From assembly GCA_023265925.1 (NCBI GenBank), contig JAHFSD010000002.1, forward strand, positions 2,569-66,568: a stretch of 64,000 bases of DNA, written 5' to 3'. Within the stretch, counting starts at the first letter, position 1, and the number at the start of each line of letters is the position of its first letter. The notes under the pieces were generated by a model. The model saw only the letters and a program-made list of their open reading frames with translations, was not told the origin of the DNA and did no database searches. The stretch is from an archaeon (lineage in GTDB: Archaea; Nanobdellota; Nanobdellia; Woesearchaeales; GW2011-AR9). Shown here in pieces: positions 57,062-64,000 of the stretch. The translations under genes and the position numbers were made by a program.

Positions 57062-57757
57062 ATGAAACTGCACCTGAAACAGATTACCGCACCTAAAACG
57101 TGGATAGTTCCCCGCCAACGGCGCCGATTTATCCTTCGCCCCCGGCCGGGCGGGCACCCGGTAGAGTTAGGGCTACCTCTCGGCCTTATCATTCGTGACG
57201 TGCTGCAGTACGTTTCCACGACTGCTGAAGCCGGCAAACTGTTGCAGGCACAGGAAGTCCTGATTGATGGAAGGCGCAGGACCGATCCTCATTTTCATGT
57301 CGGCCTGTTTGATGTCCTTTCTTTCCCCCGGCTGAAGAAAAATTATCGTCTCGTGCTCGATGGCAAGGGCCGGGTGGTCATCCGGGAAATTCCTGCTGCG
57401 GAAAGTTCCCTGAAACCCTGTAAAGTGATTGGGAAAACTGTGCTGAAAAAGGGCCAGATACAGTATAACTTACATGATGGGAAGAATATCATCGTCAAGG
57501 AAAACATTAAGGAAAAAGCAAATGTTGGCGATACGTTTGTTCTGCACCTGCCCCAGCTGAGCGTCCAGTCTATTTTACCTTTACAGCCCGGCATGCTGGT
57601 GTTCCTGACTAAGGGGAAGCATAGCGGCCAGCTGGGCCGGCTGCAGGAGCTGCGGGGGACCGAAGCGCGGTATCTCATTGACCAGACACCGGTAGAGACG
57701 GCGAAAGCGTACCTGTTCGTGGTGGGCGAAAAGACGGCAGTAGCAACGGTAACATAA
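57062..57757 (+). CDS. rps4e: 30S ribosomal protein eS4
   Basis: HLKQITAPKTW, VGLFDV, NLHDGKN. Confidence 0.96.
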   Translation: MKLHLKQITAPKTWIVPRQRRRFILRPRPGGHPVELGLPLGLIIRDVLQYVSTTAEAGKLLQAQEVLIDGRRRTDPHFHVGLFDVLSFPRLKKNYRLVLDGKGRVVIREIPAAESSLKPCKVIGKTVLKKGQIQYNLHDGKNIIVKENIKEKANVGDTFVLHLPQLSVQSILPLQPGMLVFLTKGKHSGQLGRLQELRGTEARYLIDQTPVETAKAYLFVVGEKTAVATVT

Positions 57758-57759
57758 AA

Positions 57760-58263
57760 ATGGCAAATTCCATGAAAGAGATCAACGTGGCTAAAGTCAC
57801 GGTAAATATGGGGGCGGGAAAGAACGAAGAACTCCTGCAGCGAGGTTTAAAGCTGTTGCAGAACATGACGCCTCTTCAACCTGTCAAGACCTATACGAAA
57901 AAGCGCATTCCCGGCTGGGGGTTGCGTCCGGGATTGGCCATCGGGGCAAAAGTAACCGTGCGGGATAAGGCCCGGGCCTTTCTGCTCCGCTTGCTGGAGG
58001 CGAAGGGAAAAGTGATTTCACCAGACAACTTTGATGGTCAGGGAAACTTTTCCTTTGGCATTCCGGAATATATTGACATTCCCGGGCTGGAGTACGATCC
58101 GGAACTTAAAATCATGGGGATGGAAGTGGCGGTTACCCTGGAGCGGCCGGGCTACCGCGTCAAGCGGCGCAAGATCCGCCCCGGAAAAATCGGGAAGCAT
58201 CACCAGATCACTAAAGATGAAGCGATCCACTTCGTTCAAGATTTAGGGGTGACGGTCCAATGA
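57760..58263 (+). CDS. rpl5: 50S ribosomal protein uL5
   Basis: [22 protein letters not shown]. Confidence 0.97.
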   Translation: MANSMKEINVAKVTVNMGAGKNEELLQRGLKLLQNMTPLQPVKTYTKKRIPGWGLRPGLAIGAKVTVRDKARAFLLRLLEAKGKVISPDNFDGQGNFSFGIPEYIDIPGLEYDPELKIMGMEVAVTLERPGYRVKRRKIRPGKIGKHHQITKDEAIHFVQDLGVTVQ

Positions 58264-58490
58264 GCTACAGCGATTGGCGCAAGGCCTTTACCCAACTGAA
58301 CGCCAAGCCAGTTAAGAAAGCGAAGTATGTTAAATTTAACTCTCCCAAACCAAGAAGCTGTGGCTTTTCGTTACGAAAATGCCGCAACTGCGGCCGGATC
58401 CGGGGGCATGTCAACAAATACGGGCTGCATCTCTGCCGGCAATGCTTCCGCGAGATGGCCACGGACTTAGGATTTAAACAATACAGCTAA
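58260..58490 (+). CDS. rps14: 30S ribosomal protein uS14 (zinc type, N-terminally extended)
   Basis: [23 protein letters not shown]; starts at ATG 58260. Confidence 0.95.
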   Translation: MSYSDWRKAFTQLNAKPVKKAKYVKFNSPKPRSCGFSLRKCRNCGRIRGHVNKYGLHLCRQCFREMATDLGFKQYS

Positions 58491-58549
58491 AAAAGGTACA
58501 CTATGGACAAACCACAGTACAATAAGTACAGTACATTCATAGACACACT

Positions 58550-58939
58550 ATGTTAAACGACCCACTGGCCGCGGCCTTAACCAAGATCATGAACGCCGAG
58601 AAAGTCGGTAAGAAGGAGGTAGAGGTCCGTCCGGCGTCCAAGCTCATTAAGAAAGTGCTGACGATTCTCAACGATCATTCTTATGTGGGGATGTATGAGG
58701 AAGTGCCGGATGGCCGGGCCGGCATATTAAAAGTGCATCTTTTAGGAAATGTCAACTGGTGCGGCGTAATCAAGCCACGGTTCTCGGTCAAATGCACGGC
58801 GTTTGAAAAGTGGGAAAAGCGGTACCTGCCCGCCAAGGATTTCGGCCTGCTGATTGTCTCGACGCCACTGGGCGTGCTGAGCCATTCCCAGGCAAAAGAA
58901 AAGCGGACGGGAGGAAAATTAATCGCCTACTGCTACTAA
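58550..58939 (+). CDS. rps8: 30S ribosomal protein uS8
   Basis: NDPLA, CGVIKPRF, GGKLIAYCY. Confidence 0.97.
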   Translation: MLNDPLAAALTKIMNAEKVGKKEVEVRPASKLIKKVLTILNDHSYVGMYEEVPDGRAGILKVHLLGNVNWCGVIKPRFSVKCTAFEKWEKRYLPAKDFGLLIVSTPLGVLSHSQAKEKRTGGKLIAYCY

Positions 58940-58945
58940 CTTAAT

Positions 58946-59512
58946 GTGATGGCCATGATCAAACCAGGATTAACACGGGAAATTGCACTGCCGGCGGGAG
59001 TGAGCGCTTCCCTTCGCCATACTACCGTCATTATCAGAGGTTCAGAGGGTGAAGCGCAGCGGGACATCAACCACCCTCACGTCAAAGTCAGTGTTGAAAA
59101 GGATAATGAAAAGAATAAAATCGTCCTCTCCACCGTCCGGGGAACACGGCGGGAAAAGACCCTTCTTGGCTCTTTGGCCGCGCACCTTAAAAATCTGGTT
59201 AAAGGGGTCCAGGAGCAGCAGGTGTATAAGCTCAAGGTTTGTTCCGGGCATTTTCCCATGACGGTAACAGTAAGTGGCACAGAATTCGTCGTCAAGAATT
59301 TCCTGGGAGAAAGTGTTCCCCGAACTGTGGACGTCGTGCCCGGTGTTACCATCAAGGTCAATGACAAAGAAATCCTGGTGACCAGCCCCGATAAGGAAAA
59401 AGCGGGATTGATGACAGAACGCATTGAACAGCTCTGCCGGATCACTAATCGTGACGTGCGCATCTTCATGGACGGCATTTGGATCACCGAGAAAGCGGGG
59501 AAAGCAGTATGA
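58946..59512 (+). CDS. rpl6: 50S ribosomal protein uL6
   Basis: HFPM, KNFLGE, RDVRIFMDGIWI. Confidence 0.96.
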   Translation: MMAMIKPGLTREIALPAGVSASLRHTTVIIRGSEGEAQRDINHPHVKVSVEKDNEKNKIVLSTVRGTRREKTLLGSLAAHLKNLVKGVQEQQVYKLKVCSGHFPMTVTVSGTEFVVKNFLGESVPRTVDVVPGVTIKVNDKEILVTSPDKEKAGLMTERIEQLCRITNRDVRIFMDGIWITEKAGKAV

Positions 59513-59536
59513 GGAAAAAAACATGAGGAAAGAAGT

Positions 59537-60166
59537 ATGAGCCTACTGGCATTGCGTAAGGAACGGAAACGGCATAAGCCAATTTTCGTCGTGAAAGAAG
59601 CACATCATGGCGGCCGGGTCAAGTGGCGCTGGCGCGCTGCCCGTGGTATCCATTCCACCGTGCGGCAGGTGCATCATGGCAAGCCGGCCATGCCTACTCC
59701 CGGCTATGGCTCGCCAAAAGCTGTCTATGGGTTGCATCCTTCGGGAATGGAAAGTGTGCTGGTGCATAATGCTGCGGAATTGCTGCGGCTGGATACGGCT
59801 CGGCAGGGAGTGTTGCTTTCATCTACTTTGGGCCTGAAAAAACGGCTGGAATTGCTGCGCCTGGCAGTGGAGAACAAAGTGCGGCTGCTGAATGGGCGTG
59901 ACCCGCAGCAGGAATTAGATCGGTTAACCGCTTCATTTACAGTGCGGAAGAAAGCGAAGCAGGAGCGCCAGACTGACCAGCAGAAAAAGCAGGCAGAAAA
60001 AGAAAAGAAAGCGCAGGAGAAGAAGAAAAAGGCAGGGGAGAAAAAAGTTAAAGGGCCAGGGCCCGAAGAAAAAATAGAAGAGGTGAACCAGGAAGCCCTT
60101 CAACTGGAAGAAGCACAACGGGAAGAAAAAGAACTGGCAGAGAAAGTACTGATTAAACCGCAATAG
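59537..60166 (+). CDS. rpl32e: 50S ribosomal protein eL32 with long charged C-terminal extension
   Basis: WRAARGIHS, GYGSP, GLHPSG. Confidence 0.93.
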   Translation: MSLLALRKERKRHKPIFVVKEAHHGGRVKWRWRAARGIHSTVRQVHHGKPAMPTPGYGSPKAVYGLHPSGMESVLVHNAAELLRLDTARQGVLLSSTLGLKKRLELLRLAVENKVRLLNGRDPQQELDRLTASFTVRKKAKQERQTDQQKKQAEKEKKAQEKKKKAGEKKVKGPGPEEKIEEVNQEALQLEEAQREEKELAEKVLIKPQ

Positions 60167-60232
60167 ATTAAAATAAGTTAAACTGGAATAGATTAAACCG
60201 CCATAAAAAGCATCAAAAAATAAAAAGATACC

Positions 60233-60691
60233 ATGAGACAAAAACGCCAATTAGCGGCAAAGGTATTGGGAACAGCACTGTCCAAGATACGGTTTGATCC
60301 GGCGGCTTTAGAAGACATTTCCAAAGCCATTACCCGGTCGGACATCCGGGGGCTGGCAGCTGTGGGGAAAATTCAGTATCGCCGGGATAACGAACAGTCG
60401 CGTGCCCGGGCACGGTACCTGTTGTTGCAGAAGCGGAAAGGGCGGCGAAAAGGGCATGGGACCAGCAAAGGAAGCAAGTATGCCACGGTTTCCCGCAAGC
60501 GGCAGTGGATCAACACCGTCCGTGCCCAACGGGCCTTCCTACAAAGTTTGAAAGAGAAAAACCTGCTTTCACCAGTGAATTACCGGCTGTTATACAGCAA
60601 AAGCAAAGGCGGCTCTTTCCGCAGTGTGCGGCATATTAAGCTGTACATCACGGAACATCAGCTGATTCAGAAACCATTTCAAAAACTATGA
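60233..60691 (+). CDS. rpl19e: 50S ribosomal protein eL19
   Basis: AITRSDIR, KGRRKGHG, WINTVRAQR, KGGSFRS. Confidence 0.96.
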   Translation: MRQKRQLAAKVLGTALSKIRFDPAALEDISKAITRSDIRGLAAVGKIQYRRDNEQSRARARYLLLQKRKGRRKGHGTSKGSKYATVSRKRQWINTVRAQRAFLQSLKEKNLLSPVNYRLLYSKSKGGSFRSVRHIKLYITEHQLIQKPFQKL

Positions 60692-61197
60692 AACCACAAA
60701 CAGTCCCTTACCGTCGGAAGAGAGAGCAGCGTACCAATTACCGGAAGCGGATCCGTCTGCTGCTCTCGGGGAAGCCGCGGTTAGTAGTCCGGATTACCAA
60801 TCAGAAGATCATCGCCCAGCTGATTGAGTTTGCTCCTCACGGCGATAAGGTGGTGGCGGGATTAGATTCCTTCTGCTTGCGCCAGATGGGCTGGCCCGCA
60901 TCCTCAGCATCCTGTAAGAGCATTCCGGCGGCGTATGCCACGGGCATATTAACAGGAAAAGAAGCAGTCAGGAAAGGCTACCAGGAAGCAATCCTTGATA
61001 CCGGGTTTAAATCAGCAGTGCGCCAGGGCAGAATTGCTGCTTTCCTGAAAGGGGCAGTGGATGCCGGGATGAAGATTCCTGTTACCAGTGATACTGGTGA
61101 GATCTTTCCCTCTCCCGAGCGGCTGAATGGCCAACATTTAAAAAAGGCAGTAAAGCTCAACGAAATGCTCAATGAAATCAGGGCAAAGGCGAAATAA
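60688..61197 (+). CDS. rpl18: 50S ribosomal protein uL18
   Basis: RRKREQRTNYRKR, PRLVVR, AAYATG, GAVDAG. Confidence 0.96.
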   Translation: MKPQTVPYRRKREQRTNYRKRIRLLLSGKPRLVVRITNQKIIAQLIEFAPHGDKVVAGLDSFCLRQMGWPASSASCKSIPAAYATGILTGKEAVRKGYQEAILDTGFKSAVRQGRIAAFLKGAVDAGMKIPVTSDTGEIFPSPERLNGQHLKKAVKLNEMLNEIRAKAK

Positions 61198-61223
61198 CGA
61201 TATGGCAAAGGTGAAATGACAAT

Positions 61224-62042
61224 ATGGTGGATACTACGGTAATGCCGGTGGAAGAAGCCGCGGGCGTGGAAGGAGCAGCAGGAGTTCCCCCGGAAATAGA
61301 AGAAGTGCCGGAACTTCAGCGTTCCTGGAAGCCCGTAACGGCAGTCGGCAAGTTAGTGCAGCAGGGTGTGGTTGCTGATATCGAAGAGCTGTTTGCCAAA
61401 GGTTATCCGATTTTGGAAGCAGAAATTGTCAACTGCCTTCTTCCCACTATCGAAGAAGATTTGCTCTTGATCGGGCAGGCGAAGGGAAAATTTGGCGGTG
61501 GCCAGCGAAGAATCTTTCGCCAGACGCAGAAGAAAACGGCAGAAGGAAACCGGGTCCATTTTACCACCTGTGCCTTGGTGGGCAACCGCGACGGTTACGT
61601 CGGTGTGGGAACGGGGAAGAGCAAAGAGACGGTTCCTTCCCGCGATAAAGCCAAACGACAGGCACGGCTCAATGTAATCCGTGTCCGGCGCGGCTGTGGC
61701 AGCTGGGAATGCAACTGCCGCACAGCGCATTCCATTCCGTTTGCAGTGACGGGGAAATGCGGCTCTTCAGAAATCAGGCTGGTGCCGGCGCCGAAAGGAA
61801 AAGGGCTCTGTGTGGAAAGAGAAGTGGCTAAAATATTGGCAATGGCCGGCATTAAAGATGTCTGGAGCAAGACCTTTGGCCAGACCAAGACAAAATTAAA
61901 CCTGATCGGTGCAACCATTGCTGCCCTGAAGAAGCTATCACAGATAAAAATCCACCCGGAAGATATCGGGCACTTAGGCATCGTGGAGGGAAAAGTAAAA
62001 CCGGGCGCGACAGCTGAGATGACAGCTGAAGTGACATCTTAA
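61224..62042 (+). CDS. rps5: 30S ribosomal protein uS5
   Basis: VGNRDGYVG, RRGCGSWEC, PAPKG. Confidence 0.97.
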   Translation: MVDTTVMPVEEAAGVEGAAGVPPEIEEVPELQRSWKPVTAVGKLVQQGVVADIEELFAKGYPILEAEIVNCLLPTIEEDLLLIGQAKGKFGGGQRRIFRQTQKKTAEGNRVHFTTCALVGNRDGYVGVGTGKSKETVPSRDKAKRQARLNVIRVRRGCGSWECNCRTAHSIPFAVTGKCGSSEIRLVPAPKGKGLCVEREVAKILAMAGIKDVWSKTFGQTKTKLNLIGATIAALKKLSQIKIHPEDIGHLGIVEGKVKPGATAEMTAEVTS

Positions 62043-62043
62043 T

Positions 62044-62469
62044 ATGGCAACAGTAGCAGTCGTGTTGGTGCGTGGACAGGCGCGCGTCAGGAAAGATATA
62101 GTAGATACCATGAAGTTATTACGGCTTCACCGTAAAAATACCTGTGTGCTGTTGGAGGATACTCCTGCTCTGCGGGGGATGATCAATAAGGTGAAAGATT
62201 TTGTTGCCTGGGGAGAAATTTCCGAGGCGACGTTCCAAGAGTTGATTAAGAAACGGGGACAGTTGTATCAGGGCCGGCGTACCGACACCAAAGAAAAATA
62301 TCAATATAAAGCAGCAGCGATCCACGGGCAGAATTATAAGCCGTATTTTACCTTAAATCCGCCCCGGAAAGGCTTTGGCCGGAAAGGCATTAAAGTTGCC
62401 TATGCTGCCGGAGGGGCGCTAGGCTATCGGGGAGACAAAATCAACGATCTCATTCAACGCATGATCTAG
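62044..62469 (+). CDS. rpl30: 50S ribosomal protein uL30
   Basis: TMKLLRL, VAWGE, PPRKGF, GYRGDKINDLIQRM. Confidence 0.96.
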   Translation: MATVAVVLVRGQARVRKDIVDTMKLLRLHRKNTCVLLEDTPALRGMINKVKDFVAWGEISEATFQELIKKRGQLYQGRRTDTKEKYQYKAAAIHGQNYKPYFTLNPPRKGFGRKGIKVAYAAGGALGYRGDKINDLIQRMI

Positions 62470-62531
62470 GGGATAGGAGATATAACAATACCCTAATATC
62501 CTCATTAACAACAATACAACAACAATAAACC

Positions 62532-62993
62532 ATGGTAATCCATCGGCGCAAGAAAGTGGGAAAGTACCGCGGCCATACTACTCACGGGCATGGCCATCGC
62601 AAGAAACGAAGGGGAGCTGGTTCCCGCGGCGGCCGGGGGAAAGCAGGTTCTGGAAAGAAATCCGGCCATAAAAAGAACCTGTTTGGTCCTCTGGGCCAGA
62701 AGGGCTTCACCAGTATTTGGCGGAAGGAAGATCACGTTGTCAATATCGGGTACTTTACCCCTTCCACTCTACAGAAATTCCTGCAGGAGGGAAAAGCAAC
62801 GAAAGATAAGGATAAAAGTAAAGAGAAAGAAGTGGTGGTGATTGATTTAACCAAGTTAGGGTATGATAAATTGCTCGGTTCCGGTTCTTTGTCAAGTTCC
62901 TTATCAATGAAGGTTAAATTTATCGTTCCGGCCTGGAGTGCCTCGGCCGAGAAGAAAGTAAAAGCTGCCGGGGGGGAGCTGGTGAAAGCCTAA
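62532..62993 (+). CDS. rpl15: 50S ribosomal protein uL15
   Basis: RGHTTHG, RGAGSRGGRG, KLLGSG. Confidence 0.96.
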   Translation: MVIHRRKKVGKYRGHTTHGHGHRKKRRGAGSRGGRGKAGSGKKSGHKKNLFGPLGQKGFTSIWRKEDHVVNIGYFTPSTLQKFLQEGKATKDKDKSKEKEVVVIDLTKLGYDKLLGSGSLSSSLSMKVKFIVPAWSASAEKKVKAAGGELVKA

Positions 62994-62994
62994 A

Positions 62995-64000
62995 ATGTCC
63001 TTTCTTGACACGTTAACCGCGCACCTACCGGAAGTGAAAGGGCCGTTACAGAAACGATTGCCGTTCAAGGAAAAGTTAAAGTGGAGCTTAATCATTTTGG
63101 TTTTGTTCTTTGTGATGGGGCTGGTCCCTTTGTTTGGACTGGGAGCAAATGCCCTGCAGCAGTTTGAATTCCTCTCCATAATCCTTGGTGCATCGTTTGG
63201 CAGCATCATCTCTTTAGGCATTGGACCCTTGGTCACTGCCTCGATTGTGCTGCAGCTGTTGGTAGGGACGGGAATCCTGAAATTTGACCTGGCCACGTCC
63301 GAAGGGAAGAAGAAGTTTCAGGGATTGCAGAAAGTGACCTCCATCTTTTTCATCATCTTTGAAGCAGCGATCTACGTGCTGATGGGCGGGCTGGCACCAT
63401 CGCCGGGCCTGGCAGGGACAGCCGCGTATGCCCAGTTGGAAATCGTGTTAATTGTCCAGCTTTTCATCGGTGGCATCATGATCCTGTTCATGGATGAAGT
63501 CATCAGTAAATGGGGCTTTGGCTCGGGCATCAGCCTGTTCATCGCTGCCGGGGTAGCACAGCAGATTTTCATTACTGCGTTTAATTTCCTTCCCTCACCC
63601 ACCAATCCGGAAATAGCGGCTGGGGCAATTCCAGCTTTATTTCAATCGCTGGCAGCAGGAGATGTAACGACTGCAGCCTTAAAATTGGCAGCGGTAATTT
63701 CTACCGTTATCGTCTTTGCAATTTGCGTGTTTGGCCAGGCGATGAAAGTGGAAATTCCCCTCACTTTTGGGCGGGTGCGCGGCTATGGCATCCGCTGGCC
63801 ATTGAATTTCTTTTACACTTCCAACATCCCGGTCATTTTAATTGCCGCCTTGATGGCGAATGTTCAGTTATTTGCCACCTTATTAGAACGCTGGGGCTAT
63901 CCGCTTCTGGGAACCTTTTCCGGCAATACGCCGATTAGCGGCTTAGTCTACTGGATCAACTCTCCGGACCTAGTGCAGAATATGATCCGGGGCAGTTTTA
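62995..64000 (+). CDS. secY: Preprotein translocase SecY, 3'-truncated by the window edge (absent from the ORF track)
   Basis: Hand translation MSFLDTLTAHLPEV..KLKWS..LGIGPLVTASIVLQLL..KWGFGSGISLFIA..YTSNIPVIL. Confidence 0.96.
   Translation, partial: MSFLDTLTAHLPEVKGPLQKRLPFKEKLKWSLIILVLFFVMGLVPLFGLGANALQQFEFLSIILGASFGSIISLGIGPLVTASIVLQLLVGTGILKFDLATSEGKKKFQGLQKVTSIFFIIFEAAIYVLMGGLAPSPGLAGTAAYAQLEIVLIVQLFIGGIMILFMDEVISKWGFGSGISLFIAAGVAQQIFITAFNFLPSPTNPEIAAGAIPALFQSLAAGDVTTAALKLAAVISTVIVFAICVFGQAMKVEIPLTFGRVRGYGIRWPLNFFYTSNIPVILIAALMANVQLFATLLERWGYPLLGTFSGNTPISGLVYWINSPDLVQNMIRGSF

Overview
Archaeal DNA, most likely a DPANN/Woesearchaeota-type genome (inferred from the archaeal r-protein superoperon with eS4/eL32/eL19, aIF1 and Rpp29, AglB, and an extended uS14). 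About 1-40.3 kb is a large surface-glycosylation island. It holds two B12-radical SAM enzymes, three ferredoxin(-domain) proteins, a split transketolase-like enzyme whose N-subunit is fused to a kinase, three DegT aminotransferases, NeuA/NeuB, several glycosyltransferases, a complete carrier-protein module (AcpS, adenylation enzyme, formyltransferase, GNAT, ACP, AAC(3)-family transferase) and an AglB with a C-terminal parvulin PPIase. A two-subunit ATP-citrate lyase lies immediately upstream on the same strand. 44-50 kb is a decayed accessory region (Cys-rich surface protein, HsdR remnant, orphan DNA MTase, deleted transposase). 50.2-64 kb is the rpl3-secY operon. Non-coding DNA holds two MITE-like families (one nested in the other with a 5-bp target duplication), several structured-RNA candidates including an rpl3 leader, and many short duplications at gene junctions. 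No rRNA, tRNA or CRISPR array was seen. All calls come from motif recognition by eye; no database searches were run.
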